Source: Mediterranea massiliensis (GTDB lineage Bacteria > Bacteroidota > Bacteroidia > Bacteroidales > Bacteroidaceae). From it: a stretch of DNA of 64,000 nucleotides. The number at the start of each line of letters is the position of its first letter. The stretch's first letter is position 1. Below the pieces are notes generated by a model that was not told the origin of the DNA, made no database searches, and saw only the letters and a program-made list of their open reading frames with translations. The translations under genes and the position numbers were made by a program. The stretch is from positions 6,514 through 70,513 of the forward strand of contig SUXZ01000010.1 of assembly GCA_015060685.1 (NCBI GenBank), in the 5' to 3' direction. Below, in pieces: positions 29,584-38,422 of this stretch.

Positions 29584-30333
29584 ATGAAGAAAATATCTTT
29601 TTTTGCACTAGCAATGATATGCTTGCTATGTGCATGTTCATCATCGGATGAAGAACTAACAGGATTAGAGGCACAATTAACTACCGAAGGATTCTTTGAA
29701 GTGTTTAGCAATGAAAATTTGGTAAAGTTTAATAAAAACCACACCTACGAATGCATTATAAAGGATTCTTTCGATGGATGGAAATACCCCCAAAAAGGAA
29801 CGTGGGAGGTTGTAAATGAGGATAATATATTAATGACATCAAACGAGTATTATAATGAACGTAACCAATATACACTGTTTGAAGTAAATATTGTGAACGA
29901 CAAGTTGATGTGTACAGGAAATGGCGGCGAATCGATTATTATGTATAAAAAACTGCCAAATCCGATTATCCCAAAAGATATGGTTGGCAAAAAACTGTGG
30001 AGAACAAAACAATCTAAAGCGAATGGAAAGGATTATGAGGTGACAGTGACACTGATTCTCAATGCCAATGGCACAGCCGTATGGACGGCAGAAAGTAATG
30101 TGGTTGTTGACCCGCATGTAACAACATTATTTAAGGCCACTACAGAATGGGTAGCAGACTTCTATGGGAATAGTTTGCATTTCTATAACTGGGAGTGGGA
30201 AGATAGACGAGCTTATGTAGGAAGTTTTTTGCCGCCCTACTACATGAAATATTGCAAGTTAAAGGAAAATGATGGAAAGGTAACAATATCCTATCTTTCC
30301 GAACATGATTGGGAAGAAGTGAATATAGATTAA
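29584..30333 (+). CDS. Orphan surface lipoprotein (possibly lipocalin-like domains)
   Basis: MKKISFF...LLCAC lipobox and SSSDEE acidic signal; KGTWEV-type motif. Confidence 0.8.
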   Translation: MKKISFFALAMICLLCACSSSDEELTGLEAQLTTEGFFEVFSNENLVKFNKNHTYECIIKDSFDGWKYPQKGTWEVVNEDNILMTSNEYYNERNQYTLFEVNIVNDKLMCTGNGGESIIMYKKLPNPIIPKDMVGKKLWRTKQSKANGKDYEVTVTLILNANGTAVWTAESNVVVDPHVTTLFKATTEWVADFYGNSLHFYNWEWEDRRAYVGSFLPPYYMKYCKLKENDGKVTISYLSEHDWEEVNID

Positions 30334-30370
30334 TTTTTATAGGCCGTGTACAAAATGTTGTGTAAATGAG

Positions 30371-30414
30371 AAAACTGGATTCAGATAAGTTCTCTTATAT
30401 CTGAATCCAGTTTT
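30371..30414. terminator. Bidirectional terminator between convergent genes
   Basis: 17-bp perfect inverted repeat AAAACTGGATTCAGATA/TATCTGAATCCAGTTTT. Confidence 0.75.
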
Positions 30415-30521
30415 TTATATACGAATATTTTGGTTCATAATTTAACACAAATTATGGACATCCCTTATTTTTTAATATGGACTAAATCTATTGTAAATGT
30501 TTATATTAGTCAGATTATGTA

Positions 30522-30980
30522 TTATTGGATGCTTCTTTGAATTTCATAAAGCATCTGCATAGATAGAGGGATTGTGTATCCATAATTCCTATAAATCTCT
30601 TGTAATTCGTGTAAATGGTAGATAAAATGGTGGATGTTTTTGTCTCTTGAACTTCCTATCTTGTGGCAAAATACGGTAGCTACCATTTTACCATCGTAGC
30701 AATCCAATGATAATTGGGGATAGTCATAAACTGTCTCGGATTTTTTACACTCCAAAAGAAATTTTGGAGTGTAAATTGTATCGCAATAATGCTTAAATCC
30801 CATAATCTCTAAAATTTCCTTTGATAATGAAATTCCTTCTAATTCAGTTGGATTTGAGTTAATTTCATTTCCATCAAACAATTGAATTGAATATTCCGTT
30901 TTATTGCAAGTTGAATTTATCAATCCAACTTGATGTGCATATTTCACAATATGCCCTTCGATAAAATTTGTTAAGGCCAT
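30522..30980 (-). CDS. Hypothetical protein
   Basis: 152-aa ORF in AT-rich DNA. Confidence 0.65.
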   Translation of the reverse strand: MALTNFIEGHIVKYAHQVGLINSTCNKTEYSIQLFDGNEINSNPTELEGISLSKEILEIMGFKHYCDTIYTPKFLLECKKSETVYDYPQLSLDCYDGKMVATVFCHKIGSSRDKNIHHFIYHLHELQEIYRNYGYTIPLSMQMLYEIQRSIQ

Positions 30981-31097
30981 AATTCTTGTCTTTTAATAAT
31001 CGCATGCAAAAATAGTAATAGAATTATTAAATACTAAATCTTAATTTAGGAAGTAAGATGATTTCTTGAAATAGAGTACTGTCTAATCAAAGCAACT

Positions 31098-31976
31098 TTA
31101 CTCTTCAATAATAATGTCGTAGCTTGCATCGAACGATTGGCTTGGGGCAAGTTGTTGCATCCATTTGCGATGTTGAAGTTCGCCTTCGTAACCAATCTTG
31201 TCGCAACGGCCATACCACGGCTCGATGCAGATGAACGGACAATCGGGATGAGGCTTGGTGGGCGACCAGATAGCTACCAACGGCGTATCGAATTGCAAGC
31301 TGAGGTAGGGCGTCTTCTCTTTGGTAAGCAACGAAACTTTCCTCAATTGCTTCTCCTCGAAGATGTATGTGTCGCAATCGAAGGTGTGGACATCTACCGG
31401 CATCAGGCCGTCGGCATCCAATTGCAATGCATGTACATCGGGCGAAACGCAACCCTTTTCAACCGGCGAGATGTACTTCAAGTCCTTGCTATTGTCGAAG
31501 GCAAAGAAACAACGCTCGTCCGTTGCGGGGTCGAAATTCGGGAAGTAGAAAGCCGGATGCGCCCCGATTTGGAAGTACATATCCGTGTCGCCTATGTTTT
31601 CCACGTGCCACTTCACGGTAACCTTGTTGCCGTCGAGTGCATAACCAATCTTCATGCGGAAGGGAAAAGGATACTTCTCAAGGGTTTCGGGCGTACTTTC
31701 CAGGCAATACTCAATGCTATCCTCGCCTTTGGAGGTGAGCTTGAAATCCATGTCGCGTGCAAATCCATGCTGACCGATTTGATAGGTCTTACCCTGGTAG
31801 CGATACTCATCGTTCCATACCCTCCCCACATTGGGGAATAACACCGGCGAGCGTCGTCCCCAAAAGCGGGCATCTCCTTGCCATAAATATTCCTTGTTGT
31901 TTTTCCGAATGCTTTGAAGCTCTGCACCATGTTCGGCAATCTCCACGGTGAGGATGTTGTTTGAAATCTTCTCCAT
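31098..31976 (-). CDS. Aldose 1-epimerase family protein (LacX-like)
   Basis: WGRRSPVLFP, HGFARD, IGAHPAF and CIEPW motifs. Confidence 0.9.
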   Translation of the reverse strand: MEKISNNILTVEIAEHGAELQSIRKNNKEYLWQGDARFWGRRSPVLFPNVGRVWNDEYRYQGKTYQIGQHGFARDMDFKLTSKGEDSIEYCLESTPETLEKYPFPFRMKIGYALDGNKVTVKWHVENIGDTDMYFQIGAHPAFYFPNFDPATDERCFFAFDNSKDLKYISPVEKGCVSPDVHALQLDADGLMPVDVHTFDCDTYIFEEKQLRKVSLLTKEKTPYLSLQFDTPLVAIWSPTKPHPDCPFICIEPWYGRCDKIGYEGELQHRKWMQQLAPSQSFDASYDIIIEE

Positions 31977-31986
31977 ACTATCTTAT

Positions 31987-32439
31987 TTATCTTCTTTTTG
32001 GTCTTAACAATTTGAATGCTTTATCTTTATTGGATTCAAAAGAGAAGGCGTCGAGGATTAAATCCATGTTTTCTCTATCGGCAATGTGTTCAGCCATAAT
32101 TTCCAATGCTTCCAGCTTATTGCTATCGAATGAAAAGAGTGATATGAGTTTGGCACATTGTCGGCAACTGAAATAATTGTCTAATACACCAACGCTGAGT
32201 ATTTCCAAACGGTCGTCATTGAACGATTTCTTTTTGATGATTTTGTACATGAATTGGAAATCGCGGTCGTTCATGATTTGATTTCTTGCTATCGGTCGGT
32301 TAGGACGATGATTTTGTTGTATCTTTTCTACGTTGATACGGGATAAATTATTGCGATTGGATGCATTCAGCAGACTGCTATCATTTCCTATCCATGCACA
32401 TATTGTGAGGATGAGGATGGTTTTTAATAATCGTTTCAT
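31987..32439 (-). CDS. DUF4476-like secreted protein
   Basis: Signal-like N-terminus; FSCRQCAKLISLFSFDSNKLEAL pattern. Confidence 0.7.
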   Translation of the reverse strand: MKRLLKTILILTICAWIGNDSSLLNASNRNNLSRINVEKIQQNHRPNRPIARNQIMNDRDFQFMYKIIKKKSFNDDRLEILSVGVLDNYFSCRQCAKLISLFSFDSNKLEALEIMAEHIADRENMDLILDAFSFESNKDKAFKLLRPKRR

Positions 32440-32595
32440 GGTGTTGTTGCTTTTGATTTGATGCAAAGATAGCGGATATTTAGTTTGCGTTGAAAGGATT
32501 TCTCCTATTTGTTGATAGATAAATCCCTATTTCCGATAGGAGATTTCCTCAAATATAAATGGCGACTCTCTTTCGAGGGCCGCCATTTATATTGG

Positions 32596-32937
32596 TCAGT
32601 TATTGTTATCTTCGTCCATTTCAATGATTATGCTATCTAAAAATTCGTCAGAAACATTTGGTATGTCACTTTTGTCATATATGTAAAGAAACGAAAGGCA
32701 TGTTTCTTCGATAGTTAAGCGAATAATGACACGCCCACCTGCACGTTTTCCTTTTCCTTTGGATGTAAAACTGATGCGTACTTTTCTCATCCCATCGCGT
32801 AGTTCTAAACCTTGCAAAGGATTGTCGATAAGCGAAGACATCAGTTCTTTAAAGTCTTCGGGTAATGAACGATAGCGTTTCTTTAGCCGCTTGAATGACC
32901 GTTGAAAATAATCCGAGAATTTAATTTCCTTAATCAT
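32596..32937 (-). CDS. RelE/HigB-like type II toxin
   Basis: FKRLKKRYRSL and RKVRI...SKGKGKRAGGRVI. It overlaps the upstream small gene by ATGA. Confidence 0.8.
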   Translation of the reverse strand: MIKEIKFSDYFQRSFKRLKKRYRSLPEDFKELMSSLIDNPLQGLELRDGMRKVRISFTSKGKGKRAGGRVIIRLTIEETCLSFLYIYDKSDIPNVSDEFLDSIIIEMDEDNNN

Positions 32938-33119
32938 AACGAATCAATGAAATTCATTGCTTCTTCTTTGCTCATTGCCTTGGCCTTTTCACACTCTCTC
33001 TTTGCACGTACTACGGATTTGGCTATGTGATAGGCATTTTCCAATTTCATCAGTCTATTCCATCTTGCATTACTCATGCGGACGGTGATGTTGCGAGTAT
33101 TCCGTTCTATGATACACAT
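32934..33119 (-). CDS. Putative cognate antitoxin
   Basis: 61-aa gene translationally coupled to and upstream of the toxin, ending SKEEAMNFIDSL. Confidence 0.7.
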   Translation of the reverse strand: MCIIERNTRNITVRMSNARWNRLMKLENAYHIAKSVVRAKRECEKAKAMSKEEAMNFIDSL

Positions 33120-33249
33120 ATTTAGCCCTCCTATATTTTATTTAGAATACAAAGATAATGACTTTCGTTGAATAATGGTTGAAAATGAGATAAAAAAAAG
33201 CGGCAACCAAAATGATTGCCGCTTAAAAATTATGTATAATCAAACGAGA

Positions 33250-36200
33250 TTATTCGTTCGACCAATCCATCTTAGTCATGCGAACATAGCTTTGATAACG
33301 CTTCTTAGCCATATCTTCGCAAGCTTGGAAGAGGTCACCGGCTTCTGCTGGGAATTGCTTCATAACAGATGCGAAGCGAACTTCACCCTTCAAGAAGTCT
33401 TGGAAGCCTTCCCACTTCGGTTCTTTCGAGTCGAGTGAGAATGGGTTCTTGCCTTCGTCTTCCAAAGCTGGGTTGTAGCGCCACAAGTGCCAGTAACCGC
33501 ATTCTACAGCAGCTGCTTCTTCGGCTTGTGCCTTACCCATACCCTTCTTCAAACCGTGGTTGATACATGGAGCATAAGCGATGATGATTGATGGGCCGGG
33601 ATATGCTTCTGCTTCGCGGATAGCCTTCAAGCATTGGCTTTGGTCGGCACCCATAGCGATTTGAGCAACATATACATAACCGTAAGTAGTAGCAATCATA
33701 CCGAGGTCTTTCTTGCGTACACGCTTGCCGGCAGCAGCAAACTTAGCGATAGCACCGAGCGGAGTAGCCTTAGAAGACTGACCACCGGTGTTAGAGTAAA
33801 CTTCTGTATCGAGTACGAGGATGTTTACATCTTCGCCAGATGCAATTACGTGGTCAAGACCGCCGTAACCGATATCGTAAGAAGCACCGTCGCCACCGAT
33901 AATCCATTGTGAACGCTTAACGAGGTAGTGGCTGAGCTCTTTGAGTTGAGCGCAAGCGGCACAACCTTCGGCAGCACCCTTCTCGATCATCGGGTTCAAC
34001 TTAGCAGCAGCAGCCTTCGATGCATCAGCATCTTCCTTGCCGGCAATCCATTCTTGAGCAGCCTCCTTGAATTCGGCAGGAGTAGCGTCGTTGGCAATGG
34101 CACCTTCGAGGATAGTTTGGATGCGAGCCTTCATCTTCTTGTTGGCAAGCGCCATACCCAAACCAAATTCGCAGAAGTCTTCGAACAATGAGTTAGCCCA
34201 TGCAGGACCTTGACCCTTTTCGTTGGTAGTATAAGGAGTTGATGGGATTGAGCCAGAGTAGATTGATGAACAACCTGTAGCGTTAGCTACCATCTGACGA
34301 TCGCCGAACAATTGAGAAATCAACTTCACGTAAGGAGTTTCACCACAACCTGAACATGCACCAGAGAACTCGAACAATGGAGTAGCGAATTGTGAATTCT
34401 TAGGACTTTGCTTGATGTCAACCAAAGCTTGCTTAGACTTCACGTTCTTCACGCAATATTCCCAGTTAGCAGCTTCGCTCAATTGAGTTTCCAATGGCAC
34501 CATCTTAAGAGCAGGACCACCAGCTTTTGGATTACCAGGACATACATCCACACAGTTACCGCAGCTCAAGCAGTCCATAACGCCTACTTGCATACGGAAC
34601 TTCATGCCCTTCAATGCAGCAGGAGCCTTGATGTCAATCATCGGTGCGTTCAAGCCGGCAGCTTCAGCTTCGTCGAGAACGAACGGACGGATACAAGCGT
34701 GAGGACAAACGAATGCACACTTGTTACATTGGATACAGTTTTCGGCTGTCCAAACCGGTACGAAAGCACCTACACCGCGCTTTTCGTAAGCAGCAGTACC
34801 TTGTGGCCATGTACCGTCTTCGTAACCCTTGAATGCAGAAACAGGCAGCAAGTCGCCGTTTTGAGCATTGATAGGACGAACTACTTCGTTGATGAATGCA
34901 GGGTCGTTGTTTTCAGCTTGTGCATCAGCCGGGAGGTTAGACCAAGCAGCATCTACAACCAATTGCTTGTATTCACCACCACGGTCAACGGCAGCATAGT
35001 TCTTGTTCACGATGTCTTCGCCCTTCTTGCCATACGACTTCACGATGAACTTCTTCATTTGTTCGATAGCCAAGTCAACAGGGATAACCTCTGTGATGCG
35101 GAAGAATGCCGATTGGAGGATGGTGTTGGTGCGGTTGCCCAAACCGATTTCCTGAGCAATCTTGGTAGCGTTGATATAGTAAACCGAGATGTTGTTGTCG
35201 GCGAAATACTTCTTCACGTTGTTAGGCAAGTTAGCGGCCAATTCTTCGCCTTCCCAGATAGTGTTCAGCAAGAAAGTACCGTTCTTTTGCAAACCGCGAG
35301 TCACGTCGTACATCTTCAGGTAAGCCTGTACGTGGCAAGCTACGAAGTTCGGTGTATTTACCAAATAAGTAGAGCGGATTTCAGAGTCACCGAAACGGAG
35401 GTGAGAGCAAGTGAAACCACCCGACTTCTTAGAGTCGTAAGAGAAGTAAGCCTGGCAGTGCTTGTCGGTGTTGTCACCGATAATCTTCACCGAGTTCTTG
35501 TTGGCACCTACAGTACCATCTGCACCAAGACCATAGAACTTAGCTTGATACATGCCTTCGCCACCCATAGCGATTTCTTCCTTTTGTGGAAGAGAAGTAA
35601 AGGTAACGTCGTCCACGATACCGATAGTGAAGCCGTTCTTAGGCTCGTTCATAGCCAAGTTTTCGTAAACGGCCAGGATTTGAGCAGGAGTAGTGTCGTT
35701 TGAACCCAAACCATAGCGTCCACCTACGATAACAGGCGCATTTTCCTTGCCATAGAAGCAGTCCTTGACATCGAGATACAACGGTTCGCCGTTTGCACCC
35801 GGTTCTTTTGTTCTATCCAATACGGCAATGCGCTTAGCAGTCTTAGGAACAGCTGCAAGGAAGTGCTTAGCCGAGAACGGACGATACAAGTGAACAGCTA
35901 CCAAACCAACTTTTTCGCCTTGAGCAGTGAGGTGGTCAATCACTTCGCGGATAGCTTCTGTTACAGAACCCATAGCGATGATTACGCGGTCGGCATCTTC
36001 TGCACCATAGTAATCGAACAAACCATACTTGCGTCCGGTGATTTCCGAAATCTTCTCCATGTATTCCTCTACGATAGCGGGCACTGATTCGTAGTAAGGA
36101 TTGCACGATTCGCGGTGAGCGAAGAAGGTATCAGGATTTTCGGCCATACCGCGAGCTACCGGCTTTTCAGGAGTCAAAGCACGGCTACGGAATTCGGCCA

Positions 36201-36804
36201 AAGCTTGTTGGTCGATAAGCGGAGCAAGGTCTTCGTTTTCCAACATCTCAATCTTTTGGATTTCGTGTGATGTACGGAAACCGTCGAAGAAGTTTACGAA
36301 AGGAACACGGCTCTTGATGGTAGCCAAGTGAGCTACACCGGCCAAGTCCATAACTTCTTGTACCGAACCTTCGGCCAACATGGCGAAGCCAGTCTGACGA
36401 CAAGACATTACGTCTTGGTGGTCACCGAAGATACAGAGGGCGTGTGAAGCCAATGTACGAGCCGACACATGGAAAACGCAAGGCAAGAATTCGCCTGCAA
36501 TCTTGTACATGTTAGGAATCATCAGCAACAAGCCTTGCGAGGCTGTATAAGTAGAAGTCAGTGCACCGGCTTGAAGCGAACCGTGAACGGCACCTGCGGC
36601 ACCACCTTCCGATTGCATTTCTTGCACCATAACTGTTTCGCCGAAGATGTTCTTGCGGCCTTGTGCAGCCCATTCATCTACATATTCTGCCATGGTAGAT
36701 GATGGAGTGATGGGGTAGATAGCAGCTACCTCTGAGAACATATACGAGATATGTGCAGCAGCTTGGTTACCATCACATGTAATGAATTTTTTTTCTTTAG
36801 CCAT
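33250..36804 (-). CDS. nifJ: Pyruvate:ferredoxin (flavodoxin) oxidoreductase
   Basis: YPITPSS, two CxxCxxCxxxCP ferredoxin motifs, GGDG and NTGGQ TPP motifs; 1184 aa. Confidence 0.97.
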   Translation of the reverse strand: MAKEKKFITCDGNQAAAHISYMFSEVAAIYPITPSSTMAEYVDEWAAQGRKNIFGETVMVQEMQSEGGAAGAVHGSLQAGALTSTYTASQGLLLMIPNMYKIAGEFLPCVFHVSARTLASHALCIFGDHQDVMSCRQTGFAMLAEGSVQEVMDLAGVAHLATIKSRVPFVNFFDGFRTSHEIQKIEMLENEDLAPLIDQQALAEFRSRALTPEKPVARGMAENPDTFFAHRESCNPYYESVPAIVEEYMEKISEITGRKYGLFDYYGAEDADRVIIAMGSVTEAIREVIDHLTAQGEKVGLVAVHLYRPFSAKHFLAAVPKTAKRIAVLDRTKEPGANGEPLYLDVKDCFYGKENAPVIVGGRYGLGSNDTTPAQILAVYENLAMNEPKNGFTIGIVDDVTFTSLPQKEEIAMGGEGMYQAKFYGLGADGTVGANKNSVKIIGDNTDKHCQAYFSYDSKKSGGFTCSHLRFGDSEIRSTYLVNTPNFVACHVQAYLKMYDVTRGLQKNGTFLLNTIWEGEELAANLPNNVKKYFADNNISVYYINATKIAQEIGLGNRTNTILQSAFFRITEVIPVDLAIEQMKKFIVKSYGKKGEDIVNKNYAAVDRGGEYKQLVVDAAWSNLPADAQAENNDPAFINEVVRPINAQNGDLLPVSAFKGYEDGTWPQGTAAYEKRGVGAFVPVWTAENCIQCNKCAFVCPHACIRPFVLDEAEAAGLNAPMIDIKAPAALKGMKFRMQVGVMDCLSCGNCVDVCPGNPKAGGPALKMVPLETQLSEAANWEYCVKNVKSKQALVDIKQSPKNSQFATPLFEFSGACSGCGETPYVKLISQLFGDRQMVANATGCSSIYSGSIPSTPYTTNEKGQGPAWANSLFEDFCEFGLGMALANKKMKARIQTILEGAIANDATPAEFKEAAQEWIAGKEDADASKAAAAKLNPMIEKGAAEGCAACAQLKELSHYLVKRSQWIIGGDGASYDIGYGGLDHVIASGEDVNILVLDTEVYSNTGGQSSKATPLGAIAKFAAAGKRVRKKDLGMIATTYGYVYVAQIAMGADQSQCLKAIREAEAYPGPSIIIAYAPCINHGLKKGMGKAQAEEAAAVECGYWHLWRYNPALEDEGKNPFSLDSKEPKWEGFQDFLKGEVRFASVMKQFPAEAGDLFQACEDMAKKRYQSYVRMTKMDWSNE

Positions 36805-36855
36805 AATCTGTTTAAATTTTGAATTATGAATTATTAATTATGATTTTCAAATATT

Positions 36856-36943
36856 CTAACTCACCAACACACTAATTATTCGCTAATCGCTCATCAAAAC
36901 CTCTTTAGATTTTTAACACCAAGGTATAGTCACCAACACACTA
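36856..36943. repeat. Left arm of an 88-bp inverted repeat
   Basis: Its reverse complement matches 38243-38330 at 86 of 88 positions. Confidence 0.92.
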
Positions 36944-36944
36944 T

Positions 36945-38123
36945 TTAATAAAGGAATCCGAACAGCCATAGCGGAATGTTGTTTCCTCTTCCCAGCTCCT
37001 GTTTGTGATGAACGTACACCACGTCGGGATTGTTTTTCACCTTCATCCCTTCGGTGCAAATCTTGAACGGTATGCGGCCGTCCACCACGAACGAGGCGTG
37101 CTTGTCGCCCTTGCTCACCTTGTGGTCTTTCCACATGCAGTTCACGAAGAACGTCTCTGCCACCTCCTTCTCCTCCACGCGTAGCGGATAGATGGAGAAC
37201 ATCAGGTTAGGGTTGTGCATCATGATTTTCGAAGGCTTCTTCGGAAACTCTTCGCCCACCGGATACACCATATTTATCAGTCGCGCGTCGGCCAGGTACT
37301 TGATGTAGTTCATCACCGTAGCCCTGGACGTTTCAATCTCGCCCGCCAGTTGGCTCACGTTCGGTGCCTTCGCCCCGTCCACGGCCAGCAGGTAGAGCAG
37401 CTTCTTTATCTTCGACAGATACTTCAGTTCAATCTGTTTAATCAGCAGGATGTCCACCTCTACCATCATGTTCATCGTCTTCAGCAGGTTCTCCGAGAAG
37501 TTTCGTTTCTCCAGGAAGAAGGGGTAGAATCCGTGGTGCATATAGTCCTGCAGATAGTCCATCGGCCTCACCTTGGCCAGTATTCCTTTGGCCAGATGCT
37601 CGTGATTCTTCATAATCTCTTCGAGCGTGTAGGCTCTGAACTTCATGCCCGTCTGCAGGTTCAGGTATTCGCGAAACGAGAAACCTCGGAGGTTGTAGCT
37701 TTTCACCACGTCGTTCAGTTGGGGGTTTTCCTCCTTCAGTCTCATCACGCTCGATCCTGTGAATACAATCTTCAGTTCGGGCAGTTGGTCGTAGCACGCC
37801 CTCAGCTCCTCGCTCCACCGGGGTTGTTTAAACACCTGGTCAATCAGCAGCACCTTTCCTCCGCGGGCATAAAACTGCTTGGCGAAGTCCAGAATGGTGT
37901 GATTGGTAAAGTAGAGGTTGTTCATGTTGATGTAGAGGCACGAGCGGTCGTCGCCGTACTTCTCCTTGGCATATTGAAGCAAGAAGGTGGTCTTTCCCAC
38001 GCCGCGCATTCCCTTGATACCAATCAGCCTGTGATTCCAGTCAATCTCGTCCATAAGGTCGCGACGTACAGGGGCATTGGTATGCTCTACAAGATAGGCG
38101 TGTGTGCGGAAAAATGCTTCCAT
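36945..38123 (-). CDS. AAA_14-type ATP-binding protein (DUF4143-like C-terminus)
   Basis: GMRGVGKT Walker A, LLIDQV Walker B and FTGSS. The start at MEAFF (38123) is preferred. Confidence 0.85.
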   Translation of the reverse strand: MEAFFRTHAYLVEHTNAPVRRDLMDEIDWNHRLIGIKGMRGVGKTTFLLQYAKEKYGDDRSCLYINMNNLYFTNHTILDFAKQFYARGGKVLLIDQVFKQPRWSEELRACYDQLPELKIVFTGSSVMRLKEENPQLNDVVKSYNLRGFSFREYLNLQTGMKFRAYTLEEIMKNHEHLAKGILAKVRPMDYLQDYMHHGFYPFFLEKRNFSENLLKTMNMMVEVDILLIKQIELKYLSKIKKLLYLLAVDGAKAPNVSQLAGEIETSRATVMNYIKYLADARLINMVYPVGEEFPKKPSKIMMHNPNLMFSIYPLRVEEKEVAETFFVNCMWKDHKVSKGDKHASFVVDGRIPFKICTEGMKVKNNPDVVYVHHKQELGRGNNIPLWLFGFLY

Positions 38124-38201
38124 TATAGGGTGTGCTATATAATTTGCGGCAAAGATACGTATTATTTGCGTATTTGCAAAGCCGAGTTTGCAAAAAATCA
38201 C

Positions 38202-38362
38202 TATCTTCGCGGGATTTTTAGTGTGTTAGTGTGGTGGTGAGTTAGTGTGTTAGTGACTATACCTTGGTGTTAAAAATCTAAAGAGGTTTTGATGAGCGAT
38301 TAGCGAATAATTAGTGTGGTGGTGAGTTAGTGAGTTTGTAGGGACGCGGCATGACGCGTCCG
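38202..38362 (+). repeat. Promoter box, octamer array, right arm of the 88-bp inverted repeat and a GTAG-REP
   Basis: TATCTTCG at 38202, inverted-repeat arm at 38243-38330, and a REP at 38338-38362 identical to the copy at 17487. Confidence 0.88.
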
Positions 38363-38422
38363 CCGTAACACGCCACCCAAATCGTCTGAAGACGGAAAAT
38401 ATAAAACAAAAATATTGATAAA

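Noticed and set aside
34408-35703. 431-aa ORF on the + strand
   Set aside because: It is an antisense shadow of nifJ caused by strong codon bias and has no motifs.
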